Assembly: GCF_009914755.1 (NCBI RefSeq)
Contig: NC_060940.1
Length of the DNA stretch: 64,000 nt
Source: the human T2T-CHM13v2.0 reference genome, Homo sapiens
Reading direction: 5' to 3' (one strand)
A program made the translations under genes and the position numbers. The notes beneath the pieces were generated by a model. It was not told where the DNA came from. It worked only from the letters and a program-made list of their open reading frames with translations, and did not search any database. Below are positions 38,249 through 54,719 of the stretch, one piece after another. Positions within the stretch are counted from its first letter, which is position 1, and each line of letters begins with the position of its first letter.

Positions 38249-38541
38249 TTTTTCTTTTTGAGACAGAGTCTTGCTCTGTTGTCCAGGCTGGAGTGCAGTG
38301 GTGCGATCTTGGCCCACTGCAACCTCCACCTCCTGGTTCAACTGATTTTTGTGCCTCATCCTCCCAAGTAGCTAAGATTACAGGTGCCCCCTACCACGCC
38401 CAGCTAATTTTTTGTATTTTCAGTAGAGATGGGGTATCATCATGTTGACCAGGCTGCATTTGAACTCTTAGCCACAAGTGATCCGCCTGCCTCGGCCTCC
38501 CAAAGTGCTGGGATTACAGGTGTGAGCCACTGCACCCAGCC
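38249..38541 (-). mobile_element. Alu (AluS-like)
   Basis: Full dimer reverse complement; tail grades into the (TA)n tract. Confidence 0.97.
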
Positions 38542-38709
38542 CTATTTAATATTTTGAAATAATACTTTACATGAACAGAGACAGAAGGACAAAGATATGC
38601 TTGTAATGGTACAGAAAACCCTACTGAAATTATAAAAACTGGTATGGTAAATAACTTCCTAGATTTTATATTAATTGAGGCTTTGACATGGTCCCAAAGT
38701 AAATTGAAC

Positions 38710-38935
38710 TCTGTACCCCTTAGATAACATTTTCAGTGTACTTCTATGTGCCAGACACTGACCTAAGCATCTTACATATACCATATTATGTGACATTCTT
38801 ATTAACTCATTTGGCAGATAAGGAAACCAAGGCCCAGAAGGGTAAAGACATTTGCCTTGGGATTGAAAGTTCACATTAGTAAAGCCAGGACTTGAACCCA
38901 GCTGTCATCCCAAAGACCATGCTCTTTATCACTAG
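38710..38935 (-). mobile_element. MIR
   Basis: ctatgtgccagacactg...cagataaggaaaccaaggcccagaag...ggacttgaaccca. Confidence 0.85.
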
Positions 38936-38937
38936 AG

Positions 38938-39465
<528 letters not shown>

Positions 39466-40405
39466 CCGTGCTCTGCTTGTTTTTCTTTAAGAAATTCTGA
39501 ACTAATTGCCCATTATCCTGTCCACAGCATCTAGAGTTGTAGCTGGCACATAGTAGGCTGTTGTCTCCTAACTATTAGCAAATGGATTATTTTTCTGAAA
39601 TTATTAAAGCCCCTATATGGCTACATAAAAAGACACCAATTGTTTTTCTTTCATAAGTGATTATGTGCCTAATACTTTAAAAAGGCCTATAGACTTGAAC
39701 CTCACCACAGGTGCTTGGAACAGGGGCCCTGATGTGTAAAACTCCCCAGGGATGGTATACAAGTCCCACGAATAGACCCTAATTACTTACCTTAAGTGCA
39801 GATATATAAGACATCTACCAATTTGTTTCCCCACACACCAGTTGTCCCACAGGACTTTGTTAAGTATGCTTATATGTACATCTTAGAGTTATACTTTTAA
39901 CAAGGTTTAGAAGAAAACAATGCTTACTATACACTTCTTGGGTTTTCTTTTCCCTTTGTTATTCCATAATCATCACCCTACCTGGAATAAATAGGCCAGG
40001 GCCTTAGAGGAATGTAGCAATTCTGTTGAAGTTATGGGAAAGTGGCTGAAGGGCCTAAATGGAAGATGGGGAGTTAGAAAATGGAAAGACACAATATTCC
40101 CTGTTAGCCTCCCGGCGGGCATCTTTCTCCACTCCTTTCTAGTTTGTATGATGGGAAGAGGCTTATGCGGAGGAGAGGACAGAGAATTAGGTCACACCCA
40201 TGATAACTGAAGATTGGCTTATTTATGAATATCTTGCACGGTGCAAGTATACCATGTAGGCTCAAACTGGAGAAGGCTGTATTTTACCCTCCTAACCTCC
40301 TTCTGCAGCTTTAATGAAAGTTTTCAAAGGGGAATTGACATGTTTAATTGTTAACTAGAAGACTCATTTATTTTTTTTTCATTCATTCATTCAACACATA
40401 CTAAG

Positions 40406-40768
40406 TGTGTTAGTCTGTTTTCACACTGCTATGAAGAACTGCCTGAGACTGGGTAATTTATAAAGGAAAGAGATTTAACTGACTCACAGTTCTACAAGGC
40501 TGGAAAGGAAACTTACAATCATGGCAGAAGGCAAAGGGGAAGCAAGTACATCTTATATGGCAGCAGGAGAGAGAGAGACAGAAGGGGGAAGTGTGTCAGA
40601 CTCTTATCAAACAACCAGATCTTGTGAGAACTCCCTCACTGTCAAGAGAACAGCATGGGGGAAACCACCACCATGATCCAATCACCTCCCACCAGGTCCC
40701 TCCCTCGACATGTAGGGGTTACAATTAAAGATGAGAGTTGGGTGGGGACACAGGGCCAAACCATATCA
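40406..40768 (-). mobile_element. MSTA-like MaLR solo LTR
   Basis: TG...CA termini (reverse complement starts tgatatggtttgg); perfect 5 bp TSD ctaag; inserted in an L2 tail. Confidence 0.92.
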
Positions 40769-40789
40769 CTAAGCACCAGGGTATCCTCC

Positions 40790-41080
40790 TGAGTACACAG
40801 ATGGCCTACATTTCCTAACCTCATTTGTGGTGAGGTGTGGCCATGTGGATGAGTTCTTACCAGCACAGATGGGCCTAAGTGACGCCAACTACTTCTCCGC
40901 CCAGACCTTAACACTGATCCTGTAGGTGGTGGCAATGCCCCCTGCAGTGTGGAAGCAGCATAAGGAAATGAATCTAAGCGGCTCTCTTGTGAGCAAGAAA
41001 TTCACTTCTTTGCTTATCCAGCTGCTCTATTTGGGGACATCTTTGTCATAGCCTTTGTTACTTACATGGATGTCTAATAG
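40790..41080 (+). mobile_element. MaLR LTR, MLT1J-like
   Basis: ctacatttcctaacctc...ggtgtggccatgtgg...gtgagcaagaaattcacttct. Confidence 0.65.
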
Positions 41081-41084
41081 CAGT

Positions 41085-42310
<1,226 letters not shown>

Positions 42311-42394
42311 TCTAGGATAAACAACACATCAGCATTTCTAGGGAAGTGGGGAAGAGCCCGCACTGTTGGTAATTCCAACTGGCACCATGAGAAT

Positions 42395-42595
42395 TTCTGT
42401 GAGTGCTGGTGCCGGCCTGCACTGGCTCATGATAGCTGTTTGTTAAATTTTCAGGAGTTGTGTGAGCCAGTTATTAAATACAGCTATTATTGTGGAAGTC
42501 AGGGTGGAGCATTTATAACACAGAAACCAGCAAATTATCCATAGGAGGATCTCTAAAAATTTTTGAGAGCCTATCTGTAAGCACACCACTGGTCC
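42395..42595. mobile_element. MER63-like hAT MITE
   Basis: gtgctggtgccggc...gttaaattttcagga...gagagcc...agcacaccactgg. Confidence 0.7.
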
Positions 42596-42739
42596 CCACA
42601 TAATTTGTGTCCAGACTTATCAGAGAAATGGCATGGGATCCCCAGATGCCATCTGACTCATTTCTTACATAAGCCGACCCATAAGCACATCATTTGTAGT
42701 ACATGATGGCATGATCCCATTGTCTGGGAACTCCTATAA

Positions 42740-43123
<384 letters not shown>

Positions 43124-43751
43124 GGCAGTGGATCTTAAGCAGCCCTACAAAAATGTTAAAGGGAAGGGATGGGAACCTGAGTATCTGGATTTTTGTGGAA
43201 TTAATTTTTAGAAAGGTAGAATATTCTCTATACTAAACAATAGTCACAAACGATATGGGAACTTGGGGAGTTCCTTTCCTCTGAGGCATGGGTGGAAACA
43301 CTGAGGTAAATACTTTGCCCCATGAAAGAAAGCAGAGGGGACTCCGGTTTCCTGGATATTCGAGACATCTCTCCAACCTTGGGGACACGCAGCACCCCAT
43401 GATAGCAAGTTTGTTTTTTATAATCCTTCTTTTTCCTCCACTCAGTCTTGGTATTCTCTCTACCACACCTATTTCATTGACTCTAAGATGCGTTTTCACA
43501 AAGGTGCAAATGGGTTGATGAGTTTATTCAGGAGTATTGACATGCTACGGTGCACTGGAGCATGCAGCCAATCTCCCTGCACGCTTGAGTGGGCCGTGGT
43601 TACCTCCACTGCCTCCAACAGGAATCGAGTGCTGTTTTGTCTCCATGCTGGGGGACTGGAGAGATGTGTCATTCCAGCATCACCCTAATTATGATTTTCA
43701 GAAGATGTAGCTGTCTGGATATAACAGGGCCATCAAAAGTGTGTGGAAAGA

Positions 43752-43805
43752 GTGTGTGTGTGGTGTGTGGAGTGTGGTGTGTGGTGTGTGTGTGTGTGTG
43801 TGTGT
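43752..43805. repeat. (TG)n / (GTGTG)n microsatellite
   Basis: Seen directly. Confidence 0.95.
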
Positions 43806-44039
43806 CTAGATAGCAGAGGGTACACCCCCAGAGGCTGGGCTTAAGAATGAAATGGAGTTATTGCATTACTGCCTGTGCAAAGCTAAGCCTGCATGCACAG
43901 TAACAGACGTACTGACATAGGTGCTCACACGCATATGTACAAAACCCACGAGCTATCCTGAGCGAGGCTTTTCTTTAGAGATGAATTTAGTGAATCAGAG
44001 AATGTCAAATCTGTAAAAAAAAAAAAAAAAAATCACCAA

Positions 44040-44170
44040 GGTTATCCCACCCAAAGCTTTGTTGTTGTTGTTGTTTCAGATGAGGAAACTGAGGCCCAGA
44101 GAGGTTAAGTGATTGCCCTGAAGCCACACAGCTAACCAGAGAAGATATAAGTTCCTGCCTTCCTTACTTC
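44040..44170 (-). mobile_element. MIR
   Basis: cagatgaggaaactgaggcccagagaggttaagtgattgccc. Confidence 0.9.
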
Positions 44171-45309
44171 CCATTCTCATAAGCAAGTTTCCGCATGAAC
44201 AAGGTGGCAGGTCTGAGCAAAATGCTAAAACTGTGGCCCCATTTTGTTTGTGCACATGTATGTGTGTACATGAGCTATTGGTGTGACGGGAGTTTGCGGG
44301 GATATTCTCTCCCTGTTACATGTTTTCACATCTCCCACAAGACGGGAATGAAAAGGAAGGAAGAGCTGAACCATTCCCTCAGGCAAGTAGATCTGTGGCA
44401 AACAAAGAGTCCACAGCTCGGTCTCCACGGGGGTCAGTCTGACTTCCTTCCCTCAGAAGCATCCCGGGCTACATTTTCATCTTCGCCGTCTTCCAATCTT
44501 GCATAATCTATAATAATGTGATTCCAAATGCATTTTAGCAAATGCAAGATGGAATGGGACTCCCCCGGCTGCTCCCGAACATCTGATCTAAGAAACCCGT
44601 AAGGAGCTGCAGTGAAAAGTTCACTGACAGAAAAAAACAAACAAACAAACAGACATTTGCCTGTGTCCCTGGTTAGGGGCAAGGCTTTTCCGGGTTGGTG
44701 GCTCTTGGTCATCTTTGTTGTCCTTAAAAAAGGGATAACGCTGAGGAGCTGGCGGTTCACCTTTGCTCTTGTGTTTAATTGCTGCAAAAGCCACTTATTA
44801 CCTTGTGTTCTTCCGCAGAGGGCACACTGTCTTTCCCAGCCACCAGGCCTGCTGGTGTTTGGCTTCTCTACCTGCCCCGGAAGCCATCCCCGTCACCTCC
44901 GAGTAATTCTGGGTCACTTCCAGGGCCAGGTCTGTCTGGCTCCGGTACAGGAAGGCCCTCATGAAAGGAAGAAGGGCGGAACTGGGATTTTTTTTTCTTT
45001 CTTTGAATTTTGCATAAAATTCCGTCCCCAGCCACCTAATGAGAAAACATCCATCATCTATCTTTCCCTGGGAATGTCGGTGGCCATTCTGAGCTGGTTT
45101 GTGGTCCCGCTCATCTGTACGCAGGCAGGGCTTGTGAAATTGCTTTTCCCTCAGAAAAATATGTTCATTTCCACCTTCCTCAGATGGCCCTCACAAATGA
45201 AAGTGCTTTGTCATTTTTAATGCCCAGTGTTCCCTTTTTCCCGCACTGTCTCCAGTCACGATCCAGCCGATAAAACCCACAGGAACATTTAAAACAAAAA
45301 ACAAAAAAC

Positions 45310-45312
<3 letters not shown>

Positions 45313-45354
<42 letters not shown>
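45313..45354. repeat. Pure (CA)n microsatellite (~21 units)
   Basis: Seen directly. Confidence 0.97.
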
Positions 45355-45356
<2 letters not shown>

Positions 45357-46982
45357 CTCAAAAGCCCAGAGGACTGTCAGATTCCACTGGTGTCCCCTTG
45401 TGGGTTTTCCTGGCACACAGAGCAAAAATGGCTGCAAGGGGAGGTTCTCTCTCTGTTCCCTGGAAATCTCCTTGGGCCTTGTGCAGCATTTGGATGGACA
45501 CGCAGCGACAGGGGACGTGCTGAATTCTAGATAACAGATGCCTGCCTTAAAATGGAGGCACAAAGCCCAGCCCTGTCCCCTTGGCTGGCCGGCTCTGAGC
45601 ATCCTGAGAATTAACAGAGGTACATGTGCTTTATAAAAACTGGAAAGTGTACTAAAAATTCAAAGTTATTATTATTTCTAAAATGTCTCCAGCCTACGAT
45701 TTGTCATAAACACCTATCATTCTGCATAGATAATTGGGTAATTGTTCCTCATGCCAGAGGGAACAAACGTCTCTCTTTGAAATGTGTGTGGAGGCTTACA
45801 CATAGAGAGCCCTGTTATAACGAGGGTCTGACTCCATAGAGATTTGTAGATGCCAAAAGACTAACAATAACCTCCTCCAAAAAATAACTGCATCCAGCTT
45901 TTCATAGGCAAGTTAGTAGGACCACCTGATTCCAGCATTTTAAAAGAGTCACCCTCTATATGGAAATGTGGTCAAAATACTAGTCCAGGAAAGGAACATG
46001 ACAGATTTGTTGGCCAAAACTTATTTCAAAGCAGAATCTTTGTAAAATATGATTTTTTTCCCACATATCTGCATTTCAAGACTGGGTTATCTTTGTTTCT
46101 TTGTGATTGTTATTTAAATACATATTAGTTTTAACTTTTCCTACCTTTTCTTGATCACACCATCCGCTGAGTTAAGGATCTGTAAACAAAGCTTGAATTG
46201 AGCCAAAATGATCTAACTTCCAAAGGGAACCCTTGTTTCCTCAGGTAAACTTGAACGTCTTCATTGATGATAGAGAACCTTGCTTCTCAAATAACCTAGC
46301 ATGAAGGGCAACTTGGTAGTTGTTTTTGTTGCTAATATCCAATTCCCCATGGCCTGATACTTTTGTAAAATACATAACAGTTGAATTACTAGAAAAATAA
46401 AATGTCGCTTGAATGTTGCAGTCATGTCATATGGCTACAAAAGTCTTTAAACTCTTAACTCTGAATTTCTCTACTTAACTTGTTGAGAATCCCTGTCAAA
46501 TGGTTAACAGACCAGGAACGACCTGTGGACCCGCTTTGAGTAGCACTGAGGTTGAGACAGCTGTCCTGCCATCTTACCCACGGTGGCTCATTTTCCAGCT
46601 ATGAAACTGCTCACTCCTTAACTTATAAGAGTTTGTCAATCCAATGTTTTAATACCTTTTTTAAAGCAGGGACAGGTCTGTATACAAAGCCTGCAAGCTA
46701 AGTAATCAGTTGATAACTGAGAGGGAGGGCTGTTAATGTCAATATGAGTTACACAAAGCATTGTCCAAGAATAAATCAGGAAGTTACCCTAAGGTACGGC
46801 AGAGGGAGGGGAGGGCTTGGGGGTGGCTGTGGTACATATGGAAAATAAAAAAAAAAACATTACAGAGAAGTAATTCTTAACCTGTATTCCATAAGACAGT
46901 AGATTAAGAGGTAATAGAGAGAGCTAACACCAGGCTGGACTAAAGAACTGGAAGCAGAGAACATACACAACAGTGTAAATAG

Positions 46983-47430
46983 GCACACACACGTGTGTGC
47001 ATGTGTACACGTGTGCATGTGTGTGCATGTGTGTGCACGTGTGGGCGCACGGTCCACCTGGTGGGCTGGCTGATTGGAACTGAGTAAGGAAGGGTGGAAA
47101 AAAGGTTGAGGGAGCATTTTCAGAAAGGGGGTCCAATTTATATCCGTTGCAGTAATTGGTTTGTTTGTGTGGAGCAGGAAGAAGGGGCAGTGGGGGACGT
47201 GATGGAGTGAAACACCGAGGGCTGCGATTCCCCTGCTTGATGAGTTGGAGAGAAATTGTTAGTAACCAAGACTGGTCCCGCAGGGGTTCGTTAAGTGACT
47301 GGCCCTCCACCATATCCTGTCATTTCCAACCTGGATGCATCAACATTAGCCCGCTTTGCGGTATGCAATTGTGCATCTGCACGGGTGTGTGAAGGCGCAG
47401 GAGCGTCTGCGGGCCGGGTCTGTGTGCACG
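46983..47430. promoter_or_regulatory. Candidate promoter/enhancer
   Basis: 61 bp RY tract with 3 CACGTG; CTGATTGG NF-Y site; CTCF-like CCACCAGGTGG; minus-strand TATAAA; CpG retention; non-repetitive. Confidence 0.45.
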
Positions 47431-48539
47431 TTTGTACCTTTTCTTGTGGATACAGTTAAGTTTTCCATGGGAATTAGAATCATGAAGGCCACATGCAATT
47501 TTTTTTTTAAAGGCAAAAAGCAAAAGGTGCTTTCTTACTGGAAACACAAATTTGCTGTGACACTTCAAAAGTACCGTGGAGTTGAACAATAGGAAAACTA
47601 AGAAAGGGTCTGAACTGGGCGGGCTGGAGGGAGCTGAGCACTGAAAGGCTGGCCGGTGGCGAACACATCCAAATGGTAACTTCTTAAGTCAGCCCTGAAA
47701 GGGACAGTGAGCAGTGTTTGTCTCCGGATTGTGAGGCCTGTCAACCCCTGGGAGACAGGGGCCCAGAAACTGGAGTTCAGGCCAAGAGCCAGGAAGGAAG
47801 GATCGGCAAATTTGCCAAATGTGCAGACTGCCCACAATGTCTGGGTGCTGGTGGCATTTGGAGTCACGGATGCTCTGTCTTTGGATCTTGGGATTTTTTT
47901 TTTCCAGGCGAAAATGGAAGAAAGACTCCTGTGGGGAATTTTAAGGGTAGGAGTCCCTTTGGGAACCCCATAAATTCAGATCTTAGAAAAGCACTGAGGA
48001 AAAAAACCAAAAATGCTTTTTGCACCAGTGGGAACTCTGAGGATTCAGTCTCCTAAGTGCTCTGCCTGTCTGGGTTAGCCAAGGATCCAGTTTCAGGGGC
48101 TGGGGGAAAGCTAATGCCATCTAAAGGAGGCCAGCCCCTCCCACCCCCTCAACCCACTTAGCTCAGTCCTGGACAAGGCTGGACTGTAGCCTCTGGACAG
48201 AGGATCCCCTTAAGGCACAGAAGAGGGCTGGACTTCAACCTCTATTCTGTGGTTTGTAATGGTTTCCTGGAATGAACAATCAAAATGTAAAACCTGCAAG
48301 ACATGAAAGTGACCATCTTTGAGTGCTTTTTCTACTTCCTAAAACAGGGATGCACTCTATCTGCGCAGAGGAAAACTCGTAGGACCTCCTAGGATGCATC
48401 TTGGCTCCAAGTTCGTGCAGTGTTATCAGGAAATTACAAGTCTAAGCAGCCGCAAAGAGACCGTTAAATCACATCACCTGCAGGTTTGCAAATATATGAA
48501 GATAGGCAGAGCTAATTGCCATTATTGTTGTTGGTATCA

Positions 48540-48740
48540 TTATTGTTAATAGATGCCATCTGTTGATACTTCACATCTTATACATGTCTCATTTTCATCT
48601 TCATTATAAGCATGTAACAGAAAAAGGCAAGTACTATTATTATCCCCGTTTTACGCATAAGGACACCAAGTCTCTGAGTTCAGGATGTCCCCGCGAGCCC
48701 AGACCACCTGAGTCCACAGCCATGCTCTTAGCAGCTTGTT
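48540..48740 (-). mobile_element. MIR
   Basis: tactattattatccccgttttacgcataaggacaccaag. Confidence 0.7.
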
Positions 48741-50970
48741 TTGCTACCCCTCCAAGTCCTGTTACCATTTCCTAAGTGTTTCCCAGGTGGAAGGCCCATT
48801 CGAAGCACTTTACATACATTATCTAATTATCTCATTTGGTCCTCAGAGCCACAAATCAAGCTAAGCAGACTGCCCAACCTCCAAGCACTTATGAGCTTGT
48901 TGTTCCCACGGAGTCACATCATCCTTAGACCATTTGCAACGGTCCAAGGTGGCAGAGAAATCACTTCTGGGCATGAATGTGGTCATTACCAATGGCCGTG
49001 ATGGGACCTGGGGCTGTTGCTCTTCAAGGCTGATATGAGCCTCTAGATAACTCAGGAAGGAAACTTTTAATCCTCATCATTACAACCATCAGTGTTGTTC
49101 TGAGCATCAGCGACCAAAGCCGGAAAGGAAATAAAGAAGGACTTTGAGAGTCATGTGTGTTTTGCAATGAACCAAAGGCAAATGGGGCTTTCCTGAATTT
49201 TTTAAATTTAGGGGCCAGAATGGAAATTATTCTGTTTTTTTCCACATCTACCAAGAAGGACTAAGGCTTAGCTGTACTACTTTCTACGATCCTGGCTGAT
49301 TTTTCTTTTTCAGTAGAATAACATAAAAAAGGAAGGCCAGGGTGCTCTCCAAACAGAACCCAGATCTAATGAGGGGATTTTGGAGTTGTTTATATAGCAT
49401 GTCTCCTTATCTGTATAAAGCAAAGAACATCTCCAGGTATTTTCAGTGGATTGATCTCATCAAGACACAGATTTATTAAAAAGAAACACAGATAGAGGGA
49501 AACAGGCCACTGTAATTTATACATTAGTTTTTTTGTTTTTTGTTTTTTTTTTTTAAGAAATAAAAACTAACTCCAAGTTTTTTAGTCATTGCAACGGGGC
49601 CCTGCACATCACGTATGTAATGTAATGACAGCTTCAGACTAGGGATGCTTTTGATGCATTATTAACCATAAAAAAGACATTAAATACCAGGCTGGAATGC
49701 CATGGGGATGCATATTTCACTAGGAATTATTTTTCAATGTATGCTTAAAGTTTATTTTGGTAAACAGATGACTGGAGGCTGTCAGAGCCGGAGTAAGATT
49801 TATGTTCATTTGGAATCTTCTTGAAAGGAGCGGAAATGCCTGGGACTTGTGGAACACCCACAGCAAAATGTAAATCTTTTCTTGGCCCCAGGGAAGGTTG
49901 GAGAGTGCCACACAAACAATTCCTCCTAGGGATGTGTGGTTTCCAAGCAGCATCAGCGTAGATGCCCGTAGGGGCACACGCCGGGTAGAGGGAACACACA
50001 TTCCATCGTCTCTAGGAGGAGGGAGCAGAACAAAAACATCTGGACTGGGAAGCCGGCCTCAGGATGCCCCATCAGATGCCTGCGCATCAGCTGCAAAGAA
50101 CGCCCCGAACTAATTCCTCCGTTTCACAGTCACCCCCATGTTGGCACCAGGAGCTGTTTCCTTCTGTGCTGACACATTTGTAAAGCATTTCTGGTTGTGG
50201 ACATAGAACTTATTGACCATGTGGGTTTTCCTATCCTTTGTAAATGATGGAGGCATCACTGCATCCATCTACAAAGCCCTTCCTTGGAGCTTCTACAGCC
50301 CCAGGAACCGTCACAGAGTTACAGTCGAGGCAGGACCAATGGGTACCTTTCTGAAACTGAAGACAATTTCAGATGATCACAGTGTGCACCTTTAGGGCCT
50401 GCTTCTGCTTCTTTACTATTTGATACTTAGTAAGTTTCATCCTAAAGACATACCCATTTTGGCAGATACTGACAGCTTCACGTAGCTGCTCCAGGCTCAG
50501 CAATTCGTATGGAATGCTATAAATTCTGTTTAACATTTGTTACATAGATACTTAGCTACAGATTCAGAGCCAGATGGGCACACCTAACCCATATGCATCT
50601 GTAAAATACTCTCCTGCCCAAATCCTGCCTGTATCTGGAACACTCTGAGTGCTCAGAAGATGTTACTACAATTTTAGGGCCGAAGGATGGTCTATTTCAG
50701 GTCAATGATCTGTGATTTGCACTAACAGGGTATTAGTGGCATGAAGATGTCTGCAAAAGAACAGAAAGAAAGAGTTGGGAATGTATTTTCTTTTTGCAGC
50801 CTTATCATCTTGAGCTTTGGCCGGGGCTGGTTTATATTATCTGGCGACATTCCCATTTTTAAATATGGCACTGAATTAGCCTAGGCACTCATGTTTCAGT
50901 TTCTTAGAGTAACAATTAATTGAATCAGGGTTTTGGTGATGCCCTCCTCCAAGGGTGGCTGATTCTGTAG

Positions 50971-51192
50971 CAGCAGTTCTCAAAAGAAAGGGTGATTTTT
51001 TCCTGCAGGGCGTATTTGGCAATGTTTACATATATTTTTGGTTGTTACAACTTGGGAGTGCTAGAGATACTCAGTGGGTGGAGGCCAAGGATGCTGCTAA
51101 ACATTCTACACTGCACAGGACCTCCCTACCTCCAGCCACCACGGAGAATGATCCAGCCTCAAATGCCAGTCGTGCAGAGGTTAGAAGCCTTG
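50971..51192. mobile_element. MER20
   Basis: cagcagttctcaa...tttggcaatg...gaggccaaggatgctgctaaacattctacactgcacaggac...gaggttagaagccttg. Confidence 0.88.
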
Positions 51193-53374
51193 TTCTAAGG
51201 GACTGTAAATGCGGCCGCTATGCTTTGTGACTAAAAGTAGCTGGAATGACAGTTCGGCTGTGTACAATCCAAAACCGATTGCATTGGAAAATGAGGGAAG
51301 GGCCTGAATGCTGGTTTTCCACTGAATGGTGGTTCACCCCTTGGGTCCTTTGTTCCATGGCCTGTGGTATGATATCATCAATGCTCTGAGACCCACACAG
51401 CTTGGCAGAGGACACATCAGTAGTCCAAGAAGGTGTCACTGTGCTCATTCCATGGTTGGAGAAATGGAGGTACAGTACAGTTCAATGACTTGCAAGAGAC
51501 CACAGCATGAGGGAGTGGCAGGGTCAGGAACAGACCACTGAGCTTTCCACCTTTAGTCTCCCACCTCCTAGGCTGGTGTTAGAACCAGGAGATCACACTG
51601 AACACACACACTCGCTCCCTCCCTTCCTCTCCTGCATATAGAGATATAGCAAATGCAGGTTAAGTTGACTTTAATCTTTAATTCATACACAAGGATGTGC
51701 AGCACAGAGTGAAATAAAGAGTAAACTCCAGAGGCAGCAAGTTCTGTAGGTTTGGCCAGATCTTCCTTTTCAAAGACAGACAGCCTGGGGAATCGTGCAA
51801 ATGGTCTTCCACTGCCCTCTTAGATTCTTTTTATGGCAAAATGCTGGCTTTTATCAATTCCTACCCCAACCTCTGATTCCTACAGGCTGGGGAAAGCAAA
51901 CAGCAGTTGGGGAAGTGCATCCACCTTCTCTTGTGATGGCAACAGGAGACTTGGACCCCTGGGGAGGCCAAGAGGAGGGGAGTGAAAAGGGGTGAGCTGC
52001 AGGAGTGGATGGGGGTGGGTGGGGGAAGAAGCTCTGGTTGCAGATACCTGTGAAACTTGTTTTTTTTTTTTTTGCTTGGGTGGAGGGATTTGGCCTGGGA
52101 CCCAAACAGATGGTTGTTCATTCTGACCCCCTAATAGGCATTTCTGCATTAAATGATATCAGAGTGGACACAGGAGAAAGAAAAGTCTATTGTTGTGTCC
52201 ACCATAAAAATAGACGTGTGGATGAAATGATCTTGGAGCAGAATCGACTAGAGAGGGTGAACTTGGGCAGAAGAAATCAACTCGGACAAGCCAGAGTCCC
52301 TGACAAGGTCGTGAGGTCTCAAGCCAATGGGATGACATAAAAAGGTATTTGGATGCCAATAACTGTAACCAGCAGCAGATGCAGCTGCTACTGGTTCCTC
52401 ATTGACACGTCCACCCTTCCTTTTCATCCCCAGTGCAGTCCAGCCAAGAAATAAAGGCAACTTGGAATCCCAACAGCTGGAAGTGCTGCAGTTCCATATG
52501 TGTCAATTGTCTGGAAGCCTCTGGGCTGGGAATACTTACTCCTTTGGGAATGAGAGGAACACGAGCAGAGCGGGGCTTTGGAAATCCGTTCCCAGCTAGC
52601 TGAACTTGGGGCCCTCTAGGCTTGAAGTCAGGACAGCGGTGGCCTGGACATTTCCAGGGAGTGGCCCACAGGGTTGGGTCATTGGCCAGATGCTGCTGTG
52701 TGCCAGGGTCTGAGCCCTTGCTCAGAAAAGAGACAGGCATGGCTTTGCATGGAACTCAGGTGTTTGGTCCTCTCCCATGGGAGAGGACCACAAGCGGCAT
52801 CAAATTCCCGCGAGGCAACCGAAGTTGTCCTCATCTTCCAGACCTGCTCAAACTTTATAGACATGAACGCCAAAGATTATCCCACCCCGCCAAAAAAAAT
52901 GTTGGCTCTCTCCCCATTCATTTCAGGATGGCCTTGTGCAAGGGACTCCCACTGTTAGTTTAAACACTTCGTTCTCTGCATTCAATCCAGGGATTCATTC
53001 ATTTGGTCAAGGTCAGCCACAGTAAAGTAGAAGTGTTAACTTATCTGCTATATTAGCATTCACCCAAATGAGCAGCTTACTTGCTACCAAGCCAACTATT
53101 AATACCTTTTGGTTTATAGCACCAAGGTACAGCATTGCAGAGAATAAGCCAGGAGAAAATGTCCTGACCTTTAAAAGCTTAGGGTTCCCTGGAGACCCCA
53201 GTGACATATCTCAGCAAGGAGAAGAGATATCCTGGCTGAGTCCTCAACCCTGGGTGTGGCCAAAGACAAGAAAATATGGTTTCATTTGGTCTGGGGACAG
53301 CCATGCCTTGGATACATGGTAAGAAATCTTGACTCCTGGAACATGCTTGCACCTTTCCTTTTAAGAACTGTTTT

Positions 53375-54567
<1,193 letters not shown>

Positions 54568-54719
54568 GTCTTCAGTTTGTAGCCACAGCCCAGATGAGTG
54601 CTGTCCCATCTCCTGCTCTTGGACCAGTGTGATCTGAAAGGATGACATCCAGTAGATGGAGGAAGGACCCAACAAGAGAGGCTGCATCCTCTGATGATAC
54701 TAATGGTATTCCTAAGAAT

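Noticed and set aside
43625-43660. Possible REST/NRSE site
   Set aside because: Half-sites match poorly and the spacing is wrong
44612-45220. 202 aa plus-strand ORF
   Set aside because: GTG start, no recognisable protein features; chance ORFs of this size are plausible in GC-richer sequence. Kept only as a regulatory candidate
53110-53325. Plus-strand exon ending at ATG|GTAAGA
   Set aside because: Good donor but no convincing paired acceptor or recognisable peptide
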